The position numbers and the translations under genes were made by a program. DNA of 64,000 nucleotides from Nitrospirota bacterium (lineage in GTDB: Bacteria; Nitrospirota; Thermodesulfovibrionia; Thermodesulfovibrionales; Dissulfurispiraceae). The stretch lies in assembly GCA_040754455.1 (NCBI GenBank), contig JBFMCP010000004.1, positions 32,001 through 96,000 on the forward strand, given 5' to 3'. Shown here one piece after another: positions 33,159-42,664 of this stretch. The stretch's first letter is position 1; the number at the start of each line of letters is the position of its first letter. Below the pieces are notes generated by a model that saw only the letters and a list, made by a program, of their open reading frames with translations, was not told the origin of the DNA and made no database searches.

Positions 33159-34019
33159 ATGCTGAAGCTGCGTGACGGTATTGTCGAGCTGTATAAAAAG
33201 GTTGCCACCTCTATTCCCACTGATGTAGAGGAGGCCCTGAAGAATGCTTGTGCAAAGGAAACATCCCCTCTCGCCAGGGAATCACTCGCAATAGTCCTCA
33301 AGAATATTTCGACGGCACGGACCGAAGCGCGCCCTCTCTGTCAGGATACGGGATTCCCTGTCTTCTTCATCAGTGCTCCTCAGGGCTTGAGCCATCAGCT
33401 CATTCGAGATGTCATTATCGATGCCACACGTATCGCTACCAAGCGTATACCGCTCAGAGCCAATGCGGTGAGCATCACCACAGAAAAAAATTCCGGAGAT
33501 AACGTCGGTGATTATTTCCCGCTTGTCTATATCGAAGAGACTGCTGAGCAGGCCTTGACGGTTGATCTCATGCTCAAGGGAGGCGGCAGCGAGAATCTCG
33601 GCCAGGTATATAAACTCCCTGCAACACTCAACATAGGCGGTCATGAGACTATTGCGGAGAGAGATTTCGAGGGCATCAGGAAGTGTGTCCTCGATGCTGT
33701 GGTTAAAGCCCAGGGTAAAGGATGCCCTCCCTACACTGTCGCTGTCGGCGTGGGCGGAGCCAAGGACCAGGTGTCGTTCCTCTCGAAACGACAGCTGATG
33801 AGACGCCTGACTCATGCGAGCCCTGATCCGGTGCTTGCCGATCTTGAAACAAAAATCCTTAATGAGCTCAACACTCTTGAAATAGGTCCCCTCGGTTTTG
33901 GCGGAAAGACTACTGCCATCGGCGTCAAAATAGCCGCTGCCCATCGCCACCCGGCGTCCTATTTTGTCGATGTATCATTTGCCTGCTGGGCGAACCGCCG
34001 GGGGAGACTGATATGGTAA
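33159..34019 (+). CDS. Fe-S fumarate hydratase (class I) alpha subunit
   Basis: PLCQDTG, KGGGSEN, GCPP, GPLGFGGKTT, HPAS, CWANR. Confidence 0.9.
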   Translation: MLKLRDGIVELYKKVATSIPTDVEEALKNACAKETSPLARESLAIVLKNISTARTEARPLCQDTGFPVFFISAPQGLSHQLIRDVIIDATRIATKRIPLRANAVSITTEKNSGDNVGDYFPLVYIEETAEQALTVDLMLKGGGSENLGQVYKLPATLNIGGHETIAERDFEGIRKCVLDAVVKAQGKGCPPYTVAVGVGGAKDQVSFLSKRQLMRRLTHASPDPVLADLETKILNELNTLEIGPLGFGGKTTAIGVKIAAAHRHPASYFVDVSFACWANRRGRLIW

Positions 34020-34040
34020 GAAAGTCAGAAGGGAGTTGCG

Positions 34041-34631
34041 ATGGGCGCTAAGAAAATAAATCTCCCCCTTACAAAGGAGGACGTTTTAGGGTTCAGGGTC
34101 GGCGATATGTTCCTCCTAAGCGGATTGATCGTCACCGGCCGCGATAAGGCCCATAAGTTCCTCGTCAATGAAGCCCCTTCTGCCGGAGAAATGCCTTTTG
34201 ATCTTAACGGGGGGGTTATTTACCACTGCGGCCCTATCATCAGCAAAACTGATGACAGCTACCGGCTCATCGCCGCAGGACCCACAACGAGCATGAGGGT
34301 AGAGATGTATGAGGCTGACGTTATAAAAAAATACGGGGTCAGGGGTATCATCGGCAAAGGCGGGATGGGAGAACAGACACTCAATACGCTTAAAGAATAT
34401 GGAGGGGTCTATTTTCATACTATAAGCGGTGCCGCCGTATACCTCGCCGACCGTATCAAGCGAGTCGTCAGCGGTTGGAAGATCGAGGAATTCGGTGCAC
34501 CAGAAGCGATGTGGCTGCTCGAGGTGGAAGACTTCCCGGTGGTGGTGACTATGGACGCCCACGGAAACAGCCTGCACCGGGGAATAGAAAAGGCATCCTT
34601 CGAAAACGTAAAAAAGTTATTAGGGGGATGA
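34041..34631 (+). CDS. Fe-S fumarate hydratase (class I) beta subunit
   Basis: TGRDKAH, YHCGP, AGPTTSMR, GKGGMG, MDAHGNSLH. Confidence 0.9.
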   Translation: MGAKKINLPLTKEDVLGFRVGDMFLLSGLIVTGRDKAHKFLVNEAPSAGEMPFDLNGGVIYHCGPIISKTDDSYRLIAAGPTTSMRVEMYEADVIKKYGVRGIIGKGGMGEQTLNTLKEYGGVYFHTISGAAVYLADRIKRVVSGWKIEEFGAPEAMWLLEVEDFPVVVTMDAHGNSLHRGIEKASFENVKKLLGG

Positions 34632-34733
34632 TATCAAACTTTAAAAATAAAAGAGAAAAATTAAAAGATAAGGAAGTGTTTTAAAATTTTGAATTGTAAT
34701 TTTACATTTTTCTTTTTGCATTGTGATCTTTTG
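34632..34733. repeat. AT-rich heptamer palindrome
   Basis: tttaaaa ataaaag agaaaaa ttaaaag ... ttttgaa ttgtaat tttacat ttttctt tttgcat. Confidence 0.65.
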
Positions 34734-34799
34734 TGAGAGCATCTTGTATTAACGGTGCTCCGTCTTTCATTAATATCCGGGGGGAATCAGAAGAGCTCT

Positions 34800-35726
34800 A
34801 TGTTTTTCATAGCCGGCAGTACCGGGTTTGTCGGCAGGCATCTGGTGCAGGCACTTGACGAAAAGGGGCAGTGGGGCAGATGCCTGGTAAGGACGCCGGG
34901 GAAGTCAGAGCAGTGCAAGAAATACGGATTTGAAGCCGTCGCCGGTGACATTACCGGCCGCGAAAGCCTCAGAGGGAAACTCGCCGGCAGTACTGTCGTG
35001 GTCCATCTTGTCGGCATTATTGAAGAAAAAGACAATGTCACCTTTGAGCATGTCCATGTTACAGGAACGAAAAATCTCATCGACGAAGCAAAACAGGCAG
35101 GGATAAAGCATTTCTTCTACCAGAGCGCTCTCGGCGCCTCATTATCCTCGAAGTCGCGCTATCTCAAAACAAAAGCAGAAGCAGAAGAGATCGTGAAGGC
35201 AAGCGGCATTCCCTATACCATTTTTAGGCCATCGCTCATCGTCGGAAAGGGAGACGGGTTTACCGAACGGATGAAAGAGCTTATACGGCTTGGCCCCGTT
35301 GTACCTGTTCCCGGCAGCGGCACGGCGCGGTTCCAGCCGATCTATATAGGGGACTGGATCAAATGCTTTATGAGCATTTTTTCCAATCCCCTCCCCATTG
35401 TGCATAAGGACACTCCTGTCTATGAATTCGGCGGACCTGAGCACCTGACCTATGACGAGCTGCTGATGCAGCTTATGGAGGCGCTCGATGTGCGCAAGCC
35501 GCTCATGCATGTGCCACTCGCCATGCTGAAAATGAGCCTGCCCTTTTCAAAGCTCACCCGGAGCATAGGAGGGCTTGTCGGCAAGAACATACCGTCTGTT
35601 ACCGGTGAGCAGCTGGAGCTGCTCCGGATCGATAACATCTGCGACAGGGCTGCAGTAAAAAAATATTTCGGCTTCTCCCCGCTCAGCTACCGGGAGGCAC
35701 TGAAATTATTCGTCAAGGAGCGCTGA
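34800..35726 (+). CDS. NAD(P)-binding atypical SDR (NDUFA9-like epimerase family)
   Basis: GSTGFVG, VHLVGII, SALGA, YLKTK, IFRPS, FQPIY. Confidence 0.88.
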   Translation: MFFIAGSTGFVGRHLVQALDEKGQWGRCLVRTPGKSEQCKKYGFEAVAGDITGRESLRGKLAGSTVVVHLVGIIEEKDNVTFEHVHVTGTKNLIDEAKQAGIKHFFYQSALGASLSSKSRYLKTKAEAEEIVKASGIPYTIFRPSLIVGKGDGFTERMKELIRLGPVVPVPGSGTARFQPIYIGDWIKCFMSIFSNPLPIVHKDTPVYEFGGPEHLTYDELLMQLMEALDVRKPLMHVPLAMLKMSLPFSKLTRSIGGLVGKNIPSVTGEQLELLRIDNICDRAAVKKYFGFSPLSYREALKLFVKER

Positions 35727-38700
35727 ATGGCACCCCGAAGGGTGTATGATTTGATGACCACAGATGTCATTACGCTGCCGAAACAGGCAACACTGCATGA
35801 GGCGGTCGAAAAGCTGGCAGCCCACAATATAAGCAGTCTCGTGGTGACGGAGAAGGCCATGCCTGTGGGGATTATCACCGAGCGCGATATCGCACGGATT
35901 GCGGCGACCCGCTCCGAAGCCTTCAGCAACGGCACATCTCTGCCGGTCGCTGATTTTATGTCAGAGAACCCGGTGACGATTTGCAAAAATGCCGATATCA
36001 TTGCAACGCTCGAGATGATGGAGCGGAATACGATCAGGCGACTCGTAGTTACCGATAAACAGGGGCGGTTGAAGGGCATTATTACGTATTCTGATGTAGT
36101 GAAGAAGCTTGAAGAGGAGCTGTTCAAAGTCCATACCTCGATCGACTCAGTAACGACCAAAGAGATACTGAAGGTGGCACCCGAGGTGCCGCTCAAGACG
36201 GCAATTTACAAGATGTCGGCCGAGAAGAAGAGCTGCATCCTCGTCGTTGCCGGTGCCTCTCCTGTGGGGATCCTCACCGAAAGGGACATTGTCAAGCTGC
36301 TGCTCAAAAAAATCTCGATGGAGGTGCCGGTCAGCGAGGTTTGTACAAAGAATATCGTGTATGTCGACCAGCGCACCCTCCTCTATGATGCGCTGCGCAT
36401 CATGAACGAGCGGGGCATACGGCATCTGGCGGTCGTGGACGATACGCTCACGTTGAAAGGAGTGGTGACCCAGACCGATATCATCAATCTCCTCCATTCC
36501 AATATCACGACGGGCATGAAAGATCAGCTGCAGCGGTTCAAGGAGTCCCTCGATATGCTCCAGACAGGGTTCATCGAGATTGAGCTGAATCATGAGGGAA
36601 CGATCCTGTGGCTGAACAAACAAGGCGCCAAGGAGCTGGGCTTCGATACCGTGGAACATGTCATGGGCAAGTCCTTTGTGCGCATGCTCAAAGGCAGGGA
36701 GCAGTGGGTTGATTTTTTAAGCAGGATCGACGGACAGACATCGGCAGTCACCTTTTCCTTTTACCTGAACAATAAGGTGATTGACGGCTCCTTCAGGCCG
36801 GGTGGGATTACGGTGAGCGGCATTTTCAGGGATGTCACCGACCGGTTCATCGAAAGCGAATCAATACGAAACGAACGGAACCGGTTCGAGAACATTGTAA
36901 AAACGCTTTCCGAAGGCCTCATGCTCTTTGACAGGAAAGGTGTCCTGAAAGAGGTCAACCAGGCGGCACTCGAGATGCTCGGTATGGTCGAGGAGGAACT
37001 CCTGGGGAAACCCTATCATGCCCAGAAATTCGCCATTATTGATGAATCAGGCAAGCTCCTTGGCGGGAACGATCTGCTTGTCCATCAGGTGCTCAAGACA
37101 GGGAAGGCGGTAAAGAACGTTATCCAGGGATTTAAAAAGGCCGAGGGGAGCGTGGTGTGGGTGAAGGCGAGTGTTACCCCTGCCTTTACGCCTGAAGGCG
37201 AGATAGAGGAAGTGGTCATGGTGATCACCGATATAACGGAGCTCTACAGTCTCGAAAAGAGAAACCAGAAGATCCTCGAGACCGCAAAGGAGGGGTATTG
37301 GGAGGTGACGCTCGAGGGACGCATCACGAGGGTCAATAAATCGCTTTCCGAGTTTCTCGGTTATAGAGAGAGCGAACTGCTCGGCGCATCAGTCTATGAT
37401 ATCGTTGATGAAGAAAACAGGAAGATTTTCGAGCAGGCCCTTGAGAAGAGAAAACAGGGGACCTCTGAAAGCTATACCATCACCTTAAAAAGCAAGAAGG
37501 GCCGTGACGTGTACACGATGGTGTCGGCATCGCCGCTTTCCGATGCTTCGGGAAGAGTGACCGGAGCCTTTGCCTTCATTACCGACCTGTCGGACCTCAA
37601 GACCACCCACAGGGAGCTTGAACGGCAACACAGCACGCTTGCCGCTATTAACGAGGCGATCGTTTCGTATATCCGTTCCGATGACATAAAAGCTCCTATC
37701 GAGCTTATCCTCAATGCCGCCCTCAAGCTTACCGAGAGCGAATACGGTGCGGTCGCGTCTTTTCATGATTCCGGCGATGAAAAGGGACTCCGCATCATCA
37801 GTATCAGTGGTGCAGAGTGGAAGGGGGATAAGAACAAGGACCTGTACGACCGGGCGATGCAGCAACTTACCGCCAACGGCTCTATCAATTGCCCTTTCAT
37901 GGGTAATCTCTTCAGTAGGGTGATCACAACCAAAAGGCCGGTTATCAGCAACAGTCCCGATGATGCTCACCGGAAAGGTGTGCCTGAGGGACATATGCCC
38001 CTGCGGACGTTCATGGGAGTGCCCTTTCTGTGGCATGACCGGGTCATAGGGCTTATTGCTCTGGGCAATAAAAAAGGAGGATATGCGGAGTACGAACTCG
38101 ATCTCATCGAGACGATGGCCAGGAGCGTCTCCCTGATGCTCTATCGCGATGACGAACGGAAGGCGTCCATGCAGAAGGACTATATTCTGACCCTCATCGC
38201 CTCCATTTCGAGAGATCTTACCCGGGCATTGACTGAAGAGGAGGCCTACGGGATATTTCAGCATTATCTCCTTTCACTCAGGAGAGGGAACGCCCGTATT
38301 AATGCGCTGTCCTTTGTCATTATCGACTCGAGCAAGCACTATACGCAGGAGGTGGTTCGCTACAGCGACGAGGGACTGGAGGATGTGCACACCTTTCCGG
38401 GGCTTGATAAATGTAAGGCGTATATCCATTCAGGGACGTTTTTGATCAGGGATCTCTCGAAAGATTATGCCTGCCCGTACCACAACCGAACGACGCATGC
38501 CGGCAGTTACTGCTGCACCGCCATCACTATAGGCGGCTCGATCGCCGGGGTGCTCTATATGTACAGCAAACAGGCCCACTTTTTTACCGAGGCCATCAAG
38601 GAGACGATCGACAACTTTATTGCCCTGCTCGCACCGATCGTGAACAACATGAGGCTCCTGGAATCGAACAAGAAGCTGGCGCTCATCGATCCGCTCACCG

Positions 38701-39170
38701 GCCTTTATAACAGGCGCTATCTCGAGGCGTTCATGGACAAGCAGCTCGCCATCGCCGAGCGCAACAACCAGCTCCTGAGCATCGTCATGTTCGATATCGA
38801 TAACTTCAAGACGTTCAATGATACGTACGGCCACGATGCCGGAGATATGGCGCTTAGAGGTATTTCGCAGACCATCGCAAGGAATATACGCACTTCGGAC
38901 ATCGGCGTGCGCTACGGCGGAGAAGAGTTCATTATTGTCCTGCCCAATACTGATAAAATGACGGCACTCGAGGTTGCCGAGCGGATACGTCTTACGGTTG
39001 AGACGACGCCCATTACTATCAGCCGGGACAGGCGTACGGGGATGACGGCAAGCTTCGGCGTGGCGACGTACGGTGTTGATGCAGAGAGCCTCGACGGGAT
39101 TATCGCAAAGGCCGATGCAGCCCTTTACAATGCAAAAAAGGCAGGAAAGAACAGGACCTGTCTGGCGTAA
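35727..39170 (+). CDS. Diguanylate cyclase, 4xCBS-PAS-PAS-PAS-GAF-GAF-GGDEF
   Basis: CBS motifs (GIITERD, GILTERD), PAS segments, DPLTGLYNRR, I-site RTSD, RYGGEEF. Confidence 0.92.
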   Translation: MAPRRVYDLMTTDVITLPKQATLHEAVEKLAAHNISSLVVTEKAMPVGIITERDIARIAATRSEAFSNGTSLPVADFMSENPVTICKNADIIATLEMMERNTIRRLVVTDKQGRLKGIITYSDVVKKLEEELFKVHTSIDSVTTKEILKVAPEVPLKTAIYKMSAEKKSCILVVAGASPVGILTERDIVKLLLKKISMEVPVSEVCTKNIVYVDQRTLLYDALRIMNERGIRHLAVVDDTLTLKGVVTQTDIINLLHSNITTGMKDQLQRFKESLDMLQTGFIEIELNHEGTILWLNKQGAKELGFDTVEHVMGKSFVRMLKGREQWVDFLSRIDGQTSAVTFSFYLNNKVIDGSFRPGGITVSGIFRDVTDRFIESESIRNERNRFENIVKTLSEGLMLFDRKGVLKEVNQAALEMLGMVEEELLGKPYHAQKFAIIDESGKLLGGNDLLVHQVLKTGKAVKNVIQGFKKAEGSVVWVKASVTPAFTPEGEIEEVVMVITDITELYSLEKRNQKILETAKEGYWEVTLEGRITRVNKSLSEFLGYRESELLGASVYDIVDEENRKIFEQALEKRKQGTSESYTITLKSKKGRDVYTMVSASPLSDASGRVTGAFAFITDLSDLKTTHRELERQHSTLAAINEAIVSYIRSDDIKAPIELILNAALKLTESEYGAVASFHDSGDEKGLRIISISGAEWKGDKNKDLYDRAMQQLTANGSINCPFMGNLFSRVITTKRPVISNSPDDAHRKGVPEGHMPLRTFMGVPFLWHDRVIGLIALGNKKGGYAEYELDLIETMARSVSLMLYRDDERKASMQKDYILTLIASISRDLTRALTEEEAYGIFQHYLLSLRRGNARINALSFVIIDSSKHYTQEVVRYSDEGLEDVHTFPGLDKCKAYIHSGTFLIRDLSKDYACPYHNRTTHAGSYCCTAITIGGSIAGVLYMYSKQAHFFTEAIKETIDNFIALLAPIVNNMRLLESNKKLALIDPLTGLYNRRYLEAFMDKQLAIAERNNQLLSIVMFDIDNFKTFNDTYGHDAGDMALRGISQTIARNIRTSDIGVRYGGEEFIIVLPNTDKMTALEVAERIRLTVETTPITISRDRRTGMTASFGVATYGVDAESLDGIIAKADAALYNAKKAGKNRTCLA

Positions 39171-39250
39171 ACAAAATTTAAAATGCAAAAATAAAAATTA
39201 AAAATTGTGGAATTCCATATTTTTTATTTTTACTTTTTAAATTTTGCATT
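39171..39250. repeat. AT-rich heptamer palindrome between convergent genes
   Basis: caaaatt taaaatg caaaaat aaaaatt aaaaatt gtggaattccat atttttt attttta cttttta aattttg. Confidence 0.7.
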
Positions 39251-39669
39251 TACTTGACGACCAGCACCGAACACTTTGCATGGTCAACGACTTTTGTCGA
39301 AACGCTTCCGAGGAGGAATTTTTTCGCGCCGTGCCTTCCGTGCGAACCGGTTACGATGAGATCGACCTTCATCTTCTGGGCGGTCTCGAGGATTTTTTCA
39401 GCCGGGTCGCCCTGCCGTATCAGGGTCTTGACCTCGATTGACTTTCCGGAAAGTGATTTGCGTATTTTTTCCATTGCCTCCCTCGTCTCCTCCGAGAGAG
39501 ACTCAAAGATGCGGCCTCTGTCCGCTTCGGGAAGCTCGGTAAGATACAGCTCAGGGACAACGGCGAGAACGGTAAGAGAGCCGTTGAGGCCTACGGCGAT
39601 CTCAATGGCCTTTTTCAACGCCTTATCCGAAGACTTGGAACCATCATGGGCTACGAGTATTTTTTGCAT
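39250..39669 (-). CDS. Universal stress protein (UspA family)
   Basis: ILVAHDGS, GDPAEKI, DLIVTGSHG, LLGSVS. Confidence 0.93.
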   Translation of the reverse strand: MQKILVAHDGSKSSDKALKKAIEIAVGLNGSLTVLAVVPELYLTELPEADRGRIFESLSEETREAMEKIRKSLSGKSIEVKTLIRQGDPAEKILETAQKMKVDLIVTGSHGRHGAKKFLLGSVSTKVVDHAKCSVLVVK

Positions 39670-39790
39670 CCTTCCTCCTTCTTATTCCGCGTGCGCCGCA
39701 GGTAATGAATATGCCGTTTCCCTCTGTGCTTCAAAGAGCCGATCTGCCGAATGTACCCTTACCTACTGCTAAACGTTATTTTATCATATT

Positions 39791-41137
39791 TTATCGAGAC
39801 TTAACATAGATTCTTATAGGGGTGCCCTTGAAGGAATACTGTTCCCGCAGGGCCTTTTCGAGAAATCTGAGGTGCTGGCCCTTGATGGCAGCATGATAGT
39901 TGACGAAGACCGTAAAGGTCGGAGGCGCTGTTCCCACCTGGGTCATGTAGTAGAACTTCAGCTCTTTTCCCCGGTAGGCGGGGAAGGGTTTGGAAGAGAG
40001 GACCTGCGCGAGGAACTTGTTGAGTTCGCCGGTGGATATCCGTTTTGCTCTTTCAGCAAGGATTTCGTCGATGAGAGGAAATATCTTGCCGGTCCTCTTT
40101 TTTTCGAGTCCCGATGTCGTAAGCACAGGAACGTACTCCATAAACCATATTTTGTTGCGGAGCTCCTGCGTAAGCCTTTTATAATCCCGGTCAGGGTCCT
40201 GCATGAGGTCCCATTTGTTCAACAGAAAGAGAGCGCTCTTGCCGTATTCATGGACAATACCGGCCACCCGCTGATCCTGCTCGACGATCCCCTGTGCGGC
40301 ATCGATAACGATGATCGCTATATCGGAACGCTCTATGCTCTTGAGCGCCCTGAGCACCGAAAATCCCTCAACGGAATAACTCTGCGCCTTTTTGCGTATT
40401 CCGGCGGTGTCGATGAAGAGATATCTTTTACCGTAATAGGTGCAGATGGAGTCGATGGCATCCCGCGTTGTACCCGGAATCGAACTGACCACGAGACGTT
40501 TCTTGCCCAGAAGGGTGTTGATGAGCGTCGACTTGCCCACATTGGGTCTCCCGACGACGGCGACCTTCGGGAGCTCCATAATCTCCTGTCCGACAGGCGG
40601 TGCAGCGCCTTCCGGCGGCAGGGCGGCAATCAGCTTTTCCATGAATTCGTCAAAGTTATAGCCGGTAATCGCAGAGACGGGAATGACCTCATCCGCTCCG
40701 ATGCGGTAGAATTCCGCTATCCGGTCTTCTTTCGAGGGAGTATCTATTTTATTGATAACCCAGAGGATGCGCTTCCCTGATTTTCTGAGCACGGCCGAGA
40801 GCTCCTCATCCGAAGGGGTAAGTCCCTCCTTGCCATCGAGGAGATGGACGATCACATCGGCCTCATCAATGGCGAGCATTGCCTGCTCCCGCACCTGCTC
40901 GGCGATCTCGGCGCTTTCGTGCGGCAGTCCCTCGGCGTAAAATCCGCCGGTATCGACAACGGAGAACACCTTGTCCTCCCATTCCGCCTGTCCGTAGTTT
41001 CTGTCCCGCGTGATGCCGGGAGTGCTCTCGGTAATGGCGGCGGTCTTTTGTGCTCTGGCCCCCCTTTTAATCATACGGTTAAAAAGGGCGGACTTGCCGA
41101 CGTTTGGTCTTCCGACAATGGCAACGAGGGTGTGCAT
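39791..41137 (-). CDS. der: Ribosome biogenesis GTPase Der
   Basis: Two GRPNVGKS G-domains (DTGG and DTAG) plus a KH-like C-terminus. Confidence 0.97.
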   Translation of the reverse strand: MHTLVAIVGRPNVGKSALFNRMIKRGARAQKTAAITESTPGITRDRNYGQAEWEDKVFSVVDTGGFYAEGLPHESAEIAEQVREQAMLAIDEADVIVHLLDGKEGLTPSDEELSAVLRKSGKRILWVINKIDTPSKEDRIAEFYRIGADEVIPVSAITGYNFDEFMEKLIAALPPEGAAPPVGQEIMELPKVAVVGRPNVGKSTLINTLLGKKRLVVSSIPGTTRDAIDSICTYYGKRYLFIDTAGIRKKAQSYSVEGFSVLRALKSIERSDIAIIVIDAAQGIVEQDQRVAGIVHEYGKSALFLLNKWDLMQDPDRDYKRLTQELRNKIWFMEYVPVLTTSGLEKKRTGKIFPLIDEILAERAKRISTGELNKFLAQVLSSKPFPAYRGKELKFYYMTQVGTAPPTFTVFVNYHAAIKGQHLRFLEKALREQYSFKGTPIRIYVKSR

Positions 41138-41139
41138 AC

Positions 41140-42510
41140 TCAGCTGTGGGGCTCAGTGATATCGTAGGTCTTTATCTTTTTGTGAAGGTTGCTTCGCTCA
41201 ACAGCGATAGCCTCTGAGGTCTTTGAGATATTCCAGTTGTTTTCTTCGAGCTTCCGTATAATGAAGTCTCGCTCAAAGGCATCGCGGGCATCCTTCAGGG
41301 TCGTATAAGAAAAATAATCATACTCTCTGAGGGACTGGCGGGACTGCAAGATGCCCAGCAGTTCGACGTCCGCTTTGGAGATGATCTTTGAAGGGACCAT
41401 GATCATAAGCCGCTCGACGATATTTTTCAATTCCCGTATATTGCCCGGCCAGTCATGATTCTGGAGCAGTGCAATGACATCAGGAGCGAGTTCCTTCGGC
41501 CTCATGCCGTTCTCAAAGGCAAAAAGCTCAATGAGATGCGCTATCAGTTGAGGGATGTCTTCACGCCGTTCCCGCAGAGGGGGGATAATAAGAGGGATGA
41601 CATTCAGTCTGAAGTAGAGATCTTCCCTGAAGTTTCCCTTTCTTACTTCCTCCGCAAGGTCTTTGTTGGTCGCAGCAATAATCCTGACATCGACCTTTAT
41701 GTTCTTGCTGCCGCCGACCTTCTGGAATACCTGGGTCTCGATGACTCTGAGCACCTTTGCCTGGGTCGTCAGTGTCATATCCCCGATTTCATCAAGAAAG
41801 AGCGTCCCTTTGTCAGCCAGCTCGAATTTACCGCTCTTCTTTTCCGTAGCACCGGTGAAGGCGCCCTTTTCATGGCCAAAGAGCTCGCTCTCGATAAGCT
41901 CCTGCGGTATGGCGGCGCAGTTGACCTCGACAAAGGGCTCGCGGGAGCGGGAGCTTTTCTCATGCAGAAGCCGCGCGACGAGCTCTTTGCCGGTGCCGCT
42001 CTCGCCCAGGATAAGCACCCTGCTGCTGCTCTGGGCCGCCATTTCGATCTGCTGCTTCAATATTCTCATTTTAGGGGAATCTCCCACCAATGTCCATTTT
42101 CTGCTTAATCCTGCCTTGAGAGAACGGTTCTCTTCCTCAAGCCTCCTTCGCTCCAGTGCCCTTCGGGCAACAATCAACACTTTCTCAAGCGAGAGGGGCT
42201 TTTCGAGGAAATCGTATGCCCCTGAGCGCGTGGCCTTTACTGCCACCTCGATATTCCCGTGTCCTGAAATCATAATGACGGGAAGATTACTGTCGATCTC
42301 TTTCATTTTTATGAGGGTCTCGATGCCGTCCATCCGGGGAAGCCATACATCGAGCAGGACGACGTCGGGCGCATGGTCTCTCACGCTCTCGACCGCCTCC
42401 TCTCCTGATGAGGCGGTGACCACCTGGTAGCCCTCGTCTTCGAATATTCCGGAGAGACTCTCTCTTATGCCCTCTTCGTCATCGACGATTAATACGGTTG
42501 CTTTTCCCAC
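41140..42510 (-). CDS. ntrX: NtrX-type sigma54-family response regulator
   Basis: REC (LDVW, ISGHGN), GAFTGA, HTH ERSNLHKK; downstream of NtrY and DUF4390. Confidence 0.85.
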   Translation of the reverse strand: MGKATVLIVDDEEGIRESLSGIFEDEGYQVVTASSGEEAVESVRDHAPDVVLLDVWLPRMDGIETLIKMKEIDSNLPVIMISGHGNIEVAVKATRSGAYDFLEKPLSLEKVLIVARRALERRRLEEENRSLKAGLSRKWTLVGDSPKMRILKQQIEMAAQSSSRVLILGESGTGKELVARLLHEKSSRSREPFVEVNCAAIPQELIESELFGHEKGAFTGATEKKSGKFELADKGTLFLDEIGDMTLTTQAKVLRVIETQVFQKVGGSKNIKVDVRIIAATNKDLAEEVRKGNFREDLYFRLNVIPLIIPPLRERREDIPQLIAHLIELFAFENGMRPKELAPDVIALLQNHDWPGNIRELKNIVERLMIMVPSKIISKADVELLGILQSRQSLREYDYFSYTTLKDARDAFERDFIIRKLEENNWNISKTSEAIAVERSNLHKKIKTYDITEPHS

Positions 42511-42585
42511 ACTGCATCCTTTTGTATAAAGCTGGTGCTATGGTGAATATTATAGCTTAGATAGCCGCCCGAGAGCATCGGACCT

Positions 42586-42664
42586 TCAAAAAGCAAAGAT
42601 CAAAGAGCAAAAATAAAAATTAAGAATTCTTTATTTTTTCATTTTGCTTTTTACTTTTTGTTTT
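42586..42664. repeat. AT-rich heptamer palindrome
   Basis: tcaaaaa gcaaaga tcaaaga gcaaaaa taaaaat ... ttttttc attttgc tttttac tttttgt. Confidence 0.7.
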
